NCBI GenBank assembly: GCA_009914755.4
Contig: CP086569.2
Coordinates: forward strand, 28,608,001 to 28,672,000
Source: the human T2T-CHM13v2.0 reference genome, Homo sapiens
Direction: 5' to 3'
DNA length: 64,000 bases
Under the pieces are notes generated by a model, which was given only the letters and a program-made list of their open reading frames with translations, did not search any database and was not told the origin of the DNA. Below are positions 1 to 14,086 of the stretch, in pieces. A program made the position numbers and the translations under genes. Each line of letters opens with the position of its first letter. The stretch's first letter is position 1.

Positions 1-3000
1 CTCGAATGGAAATCACTCGAATAGAATGCAATTTAATAAAATAGGATGAAATGTAATGGAATGGAATGGAAAGGAATCGAAACGAAAGGAATGGAGACAG
101 ATGGAATGGAATGGAACAGAGAGCAATGGTATAGAATGGAATGGAATCATCTGGAATGGAATTGAATGGAATGGAATAATATGAAATGGAATGGAATGGA
201 ATGGAATGCCCTTGAATTAAATGGACTGGAATGGAATGGACTCGAACAGAGTGGAATGGAAAGTGTTGAGATAGAATGGAATGGACTCGTTGGGAATGGT
301 CTAGTATGCAATGCAATCGACAGGCAGGGAATCAAAAGGAATGTAATCGAATGGATTGGACTGGAATGCAATGGACTCGAATAGATTGGAAACGGAATGC
401 AAAGGAATGGAATGGAATAGTATGGAATGGAATGGAAAGGAATGGAGTGGAATAGACTAGAGTGGAATGGAATGGACTCGAAAGCAATGGACTGGAATGG
501 AACTTTCTTGAATGGACTGGAATCAAACGGAATGGAATGCAATGCAATCAAATGGCATGGAATAAAATAGAATGAAAGAGAATCAAATGGAATGGAATCG
601 AATGGAATCGAATGGATTGGAAAGGAATAGAATGGAATGGAATGGAATTGATTCAAATGGAATGGACTAGAATGGAATGGATTCGAATGGAAGGCAAAGG
701 AATGGAATCTATTGGAATGGCCTGCAATGGAATGGAATGGAAGGGATTGGAATGGACTCGAATGGAATGGACTGCAATAGAAAGGATTCGAATGGCATGA
801 AAAAGAATTGAATGGAATAGAACAGAATGGAATCAAATCGAATGAAATGGAATGGAATAGAAAGGAATGGAATGAAATGGAATGGAAAGGATTCGAATGG
901 AATGCAATCGAATGGAATGGAATCGAACGGAATGGAATAAAATGGAAGCAAACTGGCAAGAAATGGAATCGAAATGAATGGAGTGTTATGGATCGGACTC
1001 AAAATGAATTGAATGTAATAGAATGGAGTGGAGTGGACTCGAATATAATGGACTGGAATGGAATGAAATCACATGGAATGGGAACGAATGGAATGGAATG
1101 GAAAGGAATGGAATCGAATGGAAAGGAATCGAATGGAAGGGAATGAAATTGAATCAACAGGAATGGAAGGGAATAGAATAGATGGTAATGGAATGGACTC
1201 GAATAGAATGGACACGAATGCTCAAATTGAATGGACTCGAATGGAATGGAAACGAAAGGAATGTCATCGAGTGGAATGGAATCGATTGGAATGAAATCGC
1301 ATAGAATGGAGTGGAATCAAATGGAATTGAATCGAAAGGAAAGGAAGCGAATGGACTGAAATGAAATGGAATGGAATTGAATGGAAAGTAATGCAATGGA
1401 ATAGAATGGAACGAAATTTCACGGAATGGAATCAAACTGAATGGAATCAAATCAATGGAATATAATCAAATGGAATGGAAAGGAATTGAATGGAGTAGAT
1501 GGGATTGGATGGGATTGGAATGAAATGTACTGGAAAGGACTCGAATTTCATGAAACGGAATGGAATGAATTGGAACGGAATGGACTCGAATGGAATGGAA
1601 TGTCATGGAATGGCATCAAATGGAATGGCATCAAATGGAATGGAATCGAATGCAATGGAATGCTATGGAATGGAATGGAATGCATTGGAATGGAATGTCC
1701 TCTAATGGAATGGATTCGAGTGGAATGGAATCGAATATAATGGAGTCGAATGAAATGGAATTGAAAGGAATGGGATCGAATACAATGGAATATACTGGAA
1801 TGTAATGTAATGAACTCGAATGTAATTGACTGGAATGGAATGTACATGAATGGAATGTAATCGAATGGAAAGTAATCCAATGGAATAGAATCTAATGCAA
1901 TAAAATCGACTCAGATAGAGTAGAATGTAATGGAATGGAGTGCAGTGCAATGGAATGGAATGGAATGGAATGCAATGGAATGGAATGGAATGGGATGGAA
2001 TGGTATGGAATGGATAGTAATGGACTGGAGTGAAATGGACTGGAAAGGAATGGACTCAAATTGAAAGGGCTCGAAAGGAATGGAGTCAAATGGAATGGTC
2101 TGGAATGGAATGAACACGAATGTAATGCAATCCAATAGAATGGAATCGAATGGCATGGAATATAAAGAAATGCAATCGAAGAGAGTGGAAACAAACGGAA
2201 TGGAATTGAATGGAATGGAATTGAATGGAATGGGAACGAATGGAGTGAAATTGTATGCAGTAGAAGAGAATAGAATGGAATGCAAGCGAAAGGAAAGGAA
2301 TGGATTGGAATGGAATGGAATTCATTGGAATGGAAGGGAATGTAGTGTAATGGACAGGCCTGGAATAAAGTGGAATGCTACGGTCTCGAATGGAATAAAA
2401 ATGTATGGAATGGAATGCAATGAAACGGAATCGAATGTCATAGAATGTAATGGAATGCAAAAAAATGGAATCCAAAATCATTGACTGGAAAGGCTGGGTG
2501 TCGAAAGGAATTGACTCCAATGGAATGGAATCGAATGGAATGGAAGTGAATAGAATCGAACTAAATCGAATGGAATGGAATTGATAGGAACGGAATGGAA
2601 AGGAATGCAATGATTTGGCATGGAATGGAATCGAATGGCATCGAATGGAATGGAATGGAATGCAATGGAATGGAATGTATTAGAATGTAATGAACTTTAA
2701 TGGAATGTACTCGAATGGATTCGACTGGAATGGAATGTTCTGGAAGTGAATGGACTCCAATGGAATGGATTGAAAAGGAATGGAATCGTACGGAATGGAA
2801 TCTAATGGAATGGAATTAAATGGAAATGAATCAAATTGAATAGCACGAAATTGAATTGAATGGAATCGAATGCAATGGAATCTAATGAAATGGAAAGGAA
2901 AGGAATGGAATGGAATGGGCTGGAATGGAAAGGAATCGAAACGAATGGAATGGAATCGAACTGAGGAGACTGGAATGGAATACACTTCAATGGAAGGGAA

Positions 3001-3529
3001 TGTAATGGAAGCTTCTCGAAAAAAATGGAAACGAATGGAATGGAATTGTATGGAACGGAATAGAGTCGAATGGAATTGAATGGAATGGAATGGACTAGAG
3101 TGAAATGGAATCGAACCACAAGGAATGGACAGGAATAGAATGGTCTCGAATTGAACGGAATCGTATGGAATGGCATCAAACGGAATGGAATGGACAGCCA
3201 CGGAATGGAATGCACTCGAATGCAATGGAGTCGAAACTAATGGACTGGAATAGAATGGACTCGACTGGTACGGACTCCAATGGAATGGAATCGAATGGAA
3301 GGGAATCGAACGGAATGGACTCGAAGGGAAAAGACTGCAATGGAAAGGTCTCGAATGGAATGGAAATTAATGGAATGGAATGGAATCGAATGAAATGGAG
3401 TCAAAAGGAATGGAATCGAATGGCAAGAAATCGAATGTAATGGAATCGCAAGGAATTGATGTGAACGGAACGGAATGGAATGGAATCCAAAGAAATGGAA
3501 TAGAATGGAATGGAATCGAATGGAAAGGA
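1..3529. repeat. DYZ1-like HOR unit U0 (3529 bp)
   Basis: The unit is delimited by the recurring landmark 'ctcgaatggaaatcactcgaatag'; the next copy of the landmark is at 3530. The phase is arbitrary. Confidence 0.85.
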
Positions 3530-6500
3530 CTCGAATGGAAATCACTCGAATAGAATGCAATTTAATAAAATAGGATGAAATGTAATGGAATGGAATGGAA
3601 AGGAATCGAAACGAAAGGAATGGAGACAGATGGAATGGAATGGAACAGAGAGCAATGGTATAGAATGGAATGGAATCATCTGGAATGGAATTGAATGGAA
3701 TGGAATAATATGAAATGGAATGGAATGGAATGGAATGCCCTTGAATTAAATGGACTGGAATGGAATGGACTCGAACAGAGTGGAATGGAAAGTGTTGAGA
3801 TAGAATGGAATGGACTCGTTGGGAATGGTCTAGTATGCAATGCAATCGACAGGCAGGGAATCAAAAGGAATGTAATCGAATGGATTGGACTGGAATGCAA
3901 TGGACTCGAATAGATTGGAAACGGAATGCAAAGGAATGGAATGGAATAGTATGGAATGGAATGGAAAGGAATGGAGTGGAATAGACTAGAGTGGAATGGA
4001 ATGGACTGGAAAGCAATGGACTGGAATGGAACTTTCTTGAATGGACTGGAATCAAACGGAATGGAATGCAATGCAATCAAATGGCATGGAATAAAATAGA
4101 ATGAAAGAGAATCAAATGGAATGGAATCGAATGGAATCGAATGGATTGGAAAGGAATAGAATGGAATGGAATGGAATTGATTCAAATGGAATGGACTAGA
4201 ATGGAATGGATTCGAATGGAAGGCAAAGGAATGGAATCTATTGGAATGGCCTGCAATGGAATGGAATGGAAGGGATTGGAATGGACTCGAATGGAATGGA
4301 CTGCAATAGAAAGGATTCGAATGGCATGAAAAAGAATTGAATGGAATAGAACAGAATGGAATCAAATCGAATGAAATGGAATGGAATAGAAAGGAATGGA
4401 ATGAAATGGAATGGAAAGGATTCGAATGGAATGCAATCGAATGGAATGGAATCGAACGGAATGGAATAAAATGGAAGCAAACTGGCAAGAAATGGAATCG
4501 AAATGAATGGAGTGTTATGGATCGGACTCAAAATGAATTGAATGTAATAGAATGGAGTGGAGTGGACTCGAATATAATGGACTGGAATGGAATGAAATCA
4601 CATGGAATGGGAACGAATGGAATGGAATGGAAAGGAATGGAATCGAATGGAAAGGAATCGAATGGAAGGGAATGAAATTGAATCAACAGGAATGGAAGGG
4701 AATAGAATAGACGGTAATGGAATGGACTCGAATAGAATGGACACGAATGCTCAAATTGAATGGACTCGAATGGAATGGAAACGAAAGGAATGTCATCGAA
4801 TGGAATGGAATCGATTGGAATGAAATCGCATAGAATGGAGTGGAATCAAATGGAATTGAATCGAAAGGAAAGGAAGCGAATGGACTGAAATGAAATGGAA
4901 TGGAATTGAATGGAAAGTAATGCAATGGAATAGAATGGAACGAAATTTCACGGAATGGAATCAAACTGAATGGAATCAAATCAATGGAATATAATCAAAT
5001 GGAATGGAAAGGAATTGAATGGAGTAGATGGGATTGGATGGGATTGGAATGAAATGTACTGGAAAGGACTCGAATTTCATGAAACGGAATGGAATGAATT
5101 GGAACGGAATGGACTCGAATGGAATGGAATGTCATGGAATGGCATCAAATGGAATGGAATCGAATGCAATGGAATGTTATGGAATGGAATGGAATGCATT
5201 GGAATGGAATGTCCTCTAATGGAATGGATTCGAGTGGAATGGAATCGAATATAATGGAGTCGAATGAAATGGAATTGAAAGGAATGGGATCGAATACAAT
5301 GGAATATACTGGAATGTAATGTAATGAACTCGAATGTAATTGACTGGAATGGAATGTACATGAATGGAAAGTAATCCAATGGAATAGAATCTAATGCAAT
5401 AAAATCGACTCAGATAGAGTAGAATGTAATGGAATGGAGTGCAGTGCAATGGAATGGAATGGAATGGAATGCAATGGAATGGAATGGAATGGGATGGAAT
5501 GGTATGGAATGGATAGTAATGGACTGGAGTGAAATGGACTGGAAAGGAATGGACTCAAATTGAAAGGGCTCGAAAGGAATGGAGTCAAATGGAATGGTCT
5601 GGAATGGAATGAACACGAATGTAATGCAATCCAATAGAATGGAATCGAATGGCATGGAATATAAAGAAATGCAATCGAAGAGAATGGAAACAAACGGAAT
5701 GGAATTGAATGGAATGGAATTGAATGGAATGGGAACGAATGGAGTGAAATTGTATGCAGTAGAAGAGAATAGAATGGAATGCAAGCGAAAGGAAAGGAAT
5801 GGATTGGAATGGAATGGAATTCATTGGAATGGAAGGGAATGTAGTGTAATGGACAGGCCTGGAATAAAGTGGAATGCTACGGTCTCGAATGGAATAAAAA
5901 TGTATGGAATGGAATGCAATGAAACGGAATCGAATGTCATAGAATGTAATGGAATGCAAAAAAATGGACTCCAAAATCATTGACTGGAAAGGCTGGGTGT
6001 CGAAAGGAATTGACTCCAATGGAATGGAATCGAATGGAATGGAAGTGAATAGAATCGAACTAAATCGAATGGAATGGAATTGATAGGAACGGAATGGAAA
6101 GGAATGCAATGATTTGGCATGGAATGGAATCGAATGGCATCGAATGGAATGGAATGGAATGCAATGCAATGGAATGTATTAGAATGTAATGAACTTTAAT
6201 GGAATGTACTCGAATGGATTCGACTGGAATGGAATGTTCTGGAAGTGAATGGACTCCAATGGAATGGATTCAAAAGGAATGGAATCGTACGGAATGGAAT
6301 CTAATGGAATGCAATTAAATGGAAATGAATCAAATTGAATAGCACGAAATTGAATTGAATGGAATCGAATGCAATGGAATCTAATGAAATGGAAAGGAAA
6401 GGAATGGAATGGAATGGGCTGGAATGGAAAGGAATCGAAACGAATGGAATGGAATCGAACTGAGGAGACTGGAATGGAATACACTTCAATGGAAGGGAAT

Positions 6501-7028
6501 GTAATGGAAGGTTCTCGAAAAAAATGGAAACGAATGGAATGGAATTGAATGGAACGGAATAGAGTCGAATGGAATTGAATGGAATGGAATGGACTAGAGT
6601 GAAATGGAATCGAACCACAAGGAATGGACAGGAATAGAATGGTCTCGAATTGAACGGAATCGTATGGAATGGCATCAAACGGAATGGAATGGACAGCCAC
6701 GGAATGGAATGCACTCGAATGCAATGGAGTCGAAACTAATGGACTGGAATAGAATGGACTCGACTGGTACGGACTCCAATGGAATGGAATCGAATGGAAG
6801 GGAATCGAACGGAATGGACTCGAAGGGAAAAGACTGCAATGGAAAGGTCTCGAATGGAATGGAAATTAATGGAATGGAATGGAATCGAATGAAATGGAGT
6901 CAAAAGGAATGGAATCGAATGGCAAGAAATCGAATGTAATGGAATCGCAAGGAATTGATGTGAACGGAACGGAATGGAATGGAATCCAAAGAAATGGAAT
7001 AGAATGGAATGGAATCGAATGGAAAGGA
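3530..7028. repeat. DYZ1-like HOR unit U1 (3499 bp, with two 15-bp deletions)
   Basis: Landmark spacing is 3499 bp. It lacks one 'ggcatcaaatggaat' copy and one 'ggaatggcatcaaat'-type copy near 5150-5200 compared with 1620-1640. Confidence 0.85.
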
Positions 7029-10000
7029 CTCGAATGGAAATCACTCGAATAGAATGCAATTTAATAAAATAGGATGAAATGTAATGGAATGGAATGGAAA
7101 GGAATCGAAACGAAAGGAATGGAGACAGATGGAATGGAATGGAACAGAGAGCAATGGTATAGAATGGAATGGAATCATCTGGAATGGAATTGAATGGAAT
7201 GGAATAATATGAAATGGAATGGAATGGAATGGAATGCCCTTGAATTAAATGGACTGGAATGGAATGGACTCGAACAGAGTGGAATGGAAAGTGTTGAGAT
7301 AGAATGGAATGGACTCGTTTGGAATGGTCTAGTATGCAATGCAATCGACAGGCAGGGAATCAAAAGGAATGTAATCGAATGGATTGGACTGGAATGCAAT
7401 GGACTCGAATAGATTGGAAACGGAATGCAAAGGAATGGAATGGAATAGTATGGAATGGAATGGAAAGGAATGGAGTGGAATAGACTAGAGTGGAATGGAA
7501 TGGACTCGAAAGCAATGGACTGGAATGGAACTTTCTTGAATGGACTGGAATCAAACGGAATGGAATGCAATGCAATCAAATGGCATGGAATAAAATAGAA
7601 TGAAAGAGAATCAAATGGAATGGAACCGAATGGAATCGAATGGATTGGAAAGGAATAGAATGGAATGGAATGGAATTGATTCAAATGGAATGGACTAGAA
7701 TGGAATGGATTCGAATGTAAGGCAAAGGAATGGAATCTATTGGAATGGCCTGCAATGGAATGGAATGGAAGGGATTGGAATGGACTCGAATGGAATGGAC
7801 TGCAATAGAAAGGATTCGAATGGCATGAAAAAGAATTGAATGGAATAGAACAGAATGGAATCAAATCGAATGAAATGGAATGGAATAGAAAGGAATGGAA
7901 TGAAATGGAATGGAAAGGATTCGAATGGAATGCAATCGAATGGAATGGAATCGAACGGAATGGAATAAAATGGAAGCAAACTGGCAAGAAATGGAATCGA
8001 AATGAATGGAGTGTTATGGATCGGACTCAAAATGAATTGAATGTAATAGAATGGAGTGGAGTGGACTCGAATATAATGGACTGGAATGGAATGAAATCAC
8101 ATGGAATGGGAACGAATGGAATGGAATGGAAAGGAATGGAATCGAATGGAAAGGAATCGAATGGAAGGGAATGAAATTGAATCAACAGGAATGGAAGGGA
8201 ATAGAATAGACGGTAATGGAATGGACTCGAATAGAATGGACACGAATGCTCAAATTGAATGGACTCGAATGGAATGGAAACGAAAGGAATGTCATCGAAT
8301 GGAATGGAATCGATTGGAATGAAATCGCATAGAATGGAGTGGAATCAAATGGAATTGAATCGAAAGGAAAGGAAGCGAATGGACTGAAATGAAATGGAAT
8401 GGAATTGAATGGAAAGTAATGCAATGGAATAGAATGGAACGAAATTTCACGGAATGGAATCAAACTGAATGGAATCAAATCAATGGAATATAATCAAATG
8501 GAATGGAAAGGAATTGAATGGAGTAGATGGGATTGGATGGGATTGGAATGAAATGTACTGGAAAGGACTCGAATTTCATGAAACGGAATGGAATGAATTG
8601 GAACGGAATGGACTCGAATGGAATGGAATGTCATGGAATGGCATCAAATGGAATGGCATCAAATGGAATGGAATCGAATGCAATGGAATGCTATGGAATG
8701 GAATGGAATGCATTGGAATGGAATGTCCTCTAATGGAATGGATTCGAGTGGAATGGAATCGAATATAATGGAGTCGAATGAAATGGAATTGAAAGGAATG
8801 GGATCGAATACAATGGAATATACTGGAATGTAATGTAATGAACTCGAATGTAATTGACTGGAATGGAATGTACATGAATGGAATGTAATCGAATGGAAAG
8901 TAATCCAATGGAATAGAATCTAATGCAATAAAATCTACTCAGATAGAGTAGAATGTAATGGAATGGAGTGCAGTGCAATGGAATGGAATGGAATGGAATG
9001 CAATGGAATGGAATGGAATGGGATGGAATGGTATGGAATGGATAGTAATGGACTGGAGTGAAATGGACTGGAAAGGAATGGACTCAAATTGAAAGGGCTC
9101 GAAAGGAATGGAGTCAAATGGAATGGTCTGGAATGGAATGAACACGAATGTAATGCAATCCAATAGAATGGAATCGAATGGCATGGAATATAAAGAAATG
9201 CAATCGAAGAGAATGGAAACAAACGGAATGGAATTGAATGGAATGGAATTGAATGGAATGGGAACGAATGGAGTGAAATTGTATGCAGTAGAAGAGAATA
9301 GAATGGAATGCAAGCGAAAGGAAAGGAATGGATTGGAATGGAATGGAATTCATTGGAATGGAAGGGAATGTAGTGTAATGGACAGGCCTGGAATAAAGTG
9401 GAATGCTACGGTCTCGAATGGAATAAAAATGTATGGAATGGAATGCAATGAAACGGAATCGAATGTCATAGAATGTAATGGAATGCAAAAAAATGGAATC
9501 CAAAATCATTGACTGGAAAGGCTGGGTGTCGAAAGGAATTGACTCCAATGGAATGGAATCGAATGGAATGGAAGTGAATAGAATCGAACTAAATCGAATG
9601 GAATGGAATTGATAGGAACGGAATGGAAAGGAATGCAATGATTTGGCATGGAATGGAATCGAATGGCATCGAATGGAATGGAATGGAATGCAATGCAATG
9701 GAAAGTATTAGAATGTAATGAACTTTAATGGAATGTACTCGAATGGATTCGACTGGAATGGAATGTTCTGGAAGTGAATGGACTCCAATGGAATGGATTG
9801 AAAAGGAATGGAATCGTACGGAATGGAATCTAATGGAATGGAATTAAATGGAAATGAATCAAATTGAATAGCACGAAATTGAATTGAATGGAATCGAATG
9901 CAATGGAATCTAATGAAATGGAAAGGAAAGGAATGGAATGGAATGGGCTGGAATGGAAAGGAATCGAAACGAATGGAATGGAATCTAACTGAGGAGACTG

Positions 10001-10557
10001 GAATGGAATACACTTCAATGGAAGGGAATGTAATGGAAGCTTCTTGAAAGAAATGGAAACGAATGGAATGGAATTGAATGGAACGGAATAGAGTCGAATG
10101 GAATTGAATGGAATGGAATGGACTAGAGTGAAATGGAATCGAACCACAAGGAATGGACAGCAATAGAATGGTCTCGAATTGAACGGAATCGTATGGAATG
10201 GCATCAAACGGAATGGAATGGACAGCCACGGAATGGAATGCACTCGAATGCAATGGAGTCGAAACTAATGGACTGGAATAGAATGGACTCGACTGGTACG
10301 GACTCCAATGGAATGGAATCGAATGGAAGGGAATCGAACGGAATAGACTCGAAGGGAAAAGACTGCAATGGAAAGGTCTCGAATGGAATGGAAATTAATG
10401 GAATGGAATGGAATCGAATGAAATGGAGTCAAAAGGAATGGAATCGAATGGCAAGAAATCGAATGTAATGGAATCACAAGGAATTGATGTGAACGGAACG
10501 GAATGGAATGGAATCCAAAGAAATGGAATAGAATGGAATGGAATCGAATGGAAAGGA
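7029..10557. repeat. DYZ1-like HOR unit U2 (3529 bp)
   Basis: Landmark spacing. Confidence 0.85.
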
Positions 10558-13500
10558 CTCGAATGGAAATCACTCGAATAGAATGCAATTTAATAAAATA
10601 GGATGAAATGTAATGGAATGGAATGGAAAGGAATCGAAACGAAAGGAATGGAGACAGATGGAATGGAATGGAACAGAGAGCAATGGTATACAATGGAATG
10701 GAATCATCTGGAATGGAATTGAATGGAATGGAATAATATGAAATGGAATGGAATGGAATGGAATGCCCTTGAATTAAATGGACTGGAATGGAATGGACTC
10801 GAACAGAGTGGAATGGAAAGTGTTGAGATAGAATGGAATGGACTCGTTGGGAATGGTCTAGTATGCAATGCAATCGACTGGCAGGGAATCAGAAGGAATG
10901 TAATCGAATGGATTGGACTGGAATGCAATGGACTCGAATAGATTGGAAACGGAATGCAAAGGAATGGAATGGAATAGTATGGAATGGAATGGAAAGGAAT
11001 GGAGTGGAATAGACTAGAGTGGAATGGAATGGACTCGAAAGCAATGGACTGGAATGGAACTTTCTTGAATGGACTGGAATCAAACGGAATGGAATGCAAT
11101 GCAATCAAATGGCATGGAATAAAATAGAATGAAAGAGAATCAAATGAAATGGAATCGAATGGAATCGAATGGATTGGAAAGGAATAGAATGGAATGGAAT
11201 GGAATTGATTCAAATGGAATGGACTAGAATGGAATGGATTCGAATGGACGGCAAAGGAATGGAATCTATTGGAATGGACTGCAATGGAATGGAATGGAAG
11301 GGATTGGAATGGACTCGAATGGAATGGACTGCAATAGAAAGGATTCGAATGGCATGAAAAAGAATTGAATGGAATAGAACAGAATGGAATCAAATCGAAT
11401 GAAATGGAATGGAATAGAAAGGAATGGAATGAAATGGAATGGAAAGGATTCGAATGGAATGCAATCGAATGGAATGGAATCGAACGGAATGGAATAAAAT
11501 GGAAGCAAACTGGCAAGAAATGGAATCGAAATGAATGGAGTGTTATGGAACGGACTCAAAAGGAATTGAATGTAATAGAATGGAGTGGAGTGGACTCGAA
11601 TATAATGGACTGGAATGGAATGAAATCACATGGAATGGGAACGAATGGAATGGAATGGAAAGGAATGGAATCGAATGGAAAGGAATCGAATGGAAGGGAA
11701 TGAAATTGAATCAACAGGAATGGAAGGGAATAGAATAGACGGTAATGGAATGGACTCGAATAGAATGGACACGAATGCTCAAATTGAATGGACTCGAATG
11801 GAATGGAAACGAAAGGAATGTCATCGAATGGAATGGAATCGATTGGAATGAAATCGCATAGAATGGAGTGGAATCAAATGGAATTGAATCGAAAGGAAAG
11901 GAAGCGAATGGACTGAAATGAAATGGAATGGAATTGAATGGAAAGTAATGCAATGGAATAGAATGGAACGAAATTTCACGGAATGGAATCAAACTGAATG
12001 GAATCAAATCAATGGAATATAATCAAATGGAATGGAAAGGAATTGAATGGAGTAGATGGGATTGGATGGGATTGGAATGAAATGTACTGGAAAGGACTCG
12101 AATTTCATGAAACGGAATGGAATGAATTGGAACGGAATGGACTCGAATGGAATGGAATGTCATGGAATGGCATCAAATGGAATGGCATCAAATGGAATGG
12201 AATCGAATGCAATGGAATGCTATGGAATGGAATGGAATGCATTGGAATGGAATGTCCTCTAATGGAATGGATTCGAGTGGAATGGAATCGAATATAATGG
12301 AGTCGAATGAAATGGAATTGAAAGGAATGGGATCGAATACAATGGAATATACTGGAATGTAATGTAATGAACTCGAATGTAATTGACTGGAATGGAATGT
12401 ACATGAATGGAATGTAATCGAATGGAAAGTAATCCAATGGAATAGAATCTAATGCAATAAAATCGACTCAGATAGAGTAGAATGTAATGGAATGGAGTGC
12501 AGTGCAATGGAATGGAATGGAATGGAATGCAATGGAATGGAATGGAATGGGATGGAATGGTATGGAATGGATAGTAATGGACTGGAGTGAAATGGACTGG
12601 AAAGGAATGGACTCAAATTGAAAGGGCTCGAAAGGAATGGAGTCAAATGGAATGGTCTGGAATGGAATGAACACGAATGTAATGCAATCCAATAGAATGG
12701 AATCGAATGGCATGGAATATAAAGAAATGCAATCGAAGAGAATGGAAACAAACGGAATGGAATTGAATGGAATGGAATTGAATGGAATGGGAACGAATGG
12801 AGTGAAATTGTATGCAGTAGAAGAGAATAGAATGGAATGCAAGCGAAAGGAAAGGAATGGATTGGAATGGAATGGAATTCATTGGAATGGAAGGGAATGT
12901 AGTGTAATGGACAGGCCTGGAATAAAGTGGAATGCTACGGTCTCGAATGGAATAAAAATGTATGGAATGGAATGCAATGAAACGGAATCGAATGTCATAG
13001 AATGTAATGGAATGCAAAAAAATGGAATCCAAAATCATTGACTGGAAAGGCTGGGTGTCGAAAGGAATTGACTCCAATGGAATGGAATCGAATGGAATGG
13101 AAGTGAATAGAATCGAACTAAATCGAATGGAATGGAATTGATAGGAACGGAATGGAAAGGAATGCAATGATTTGGCATGGAATGGAATCGAATGGCATCG
13201 AATGGAATGGAATGGAATGCAATGCAATGGAAAGTATTAGAATGTAATGAACTTTAATGGAATGTACTCGAATGGATTCGACTGGAATGGAATGTTCTGG
13301 AAGTGAATGGACTCCAATGGAATGGATTGAAAAGGAATGGAATCGTACGGAATGGAATCTAATGGAATGGAATTAAATGGAAATGAATCAAATTGAATAG
13401 CACGAAATTGAATTGAATGGAATCGAATGCAATGGAATCTAATGAAATGGAAAGGAAAGGAATGGAATGGAATGGGCTGGAATGGAAAGGAATCGAAACG

Positions 13501-14086
13501 AATGGAATGGAATCGAACTAAGGAGACTGGAATGGAATACACTTCAATGGAAGGGAATGTAATGGAAGCTTCTCGAAAAAAATGGAATCGAATGGAATGG
13601 AATTGAATGGAACGGAATAGAGTCGAATGGAATTGAATGGAATGGAATGGACTAGAGTGAAATGGAATCGAACCACAAGGAATGGACAGGAATAGAATGG
13701 TCTCGAATTGAACGGAATCGTATGGAATGGCATCAAACGGAATGGAATGGACAGCCACGGAATGGAATGCACTCGAATGCAATGGAGTCGAAACTAATGG
13801 ACTGGAATAGAATGGACTCGACTGGTACGGACTCCAATGGAATGGAATCGAATGGAAGGGAATCGAACGGAATGGACTCGAAGGGAAAAGACTGCAATGG
13901 AAAGGTCTCGAATGGAATGGAAATTAATGGAATGGAATGGAATCGAATGAAATGGAGTCAAAAGGAATGGAATCGAATGGCAAGAAATCGAATGTAATGG
14001 AATCGCAAGGAATTGATGTGAACGGAACGGAATGGAATGGAATCCAAAGAAATGGAATAGAATGGAATGGAATCGAATGGAAAGGA
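10558..14086. repeat. DYZ1-like HOR unit U3 (3529 bp)
   Basis: Landmark spacing. Confidence 0.85.
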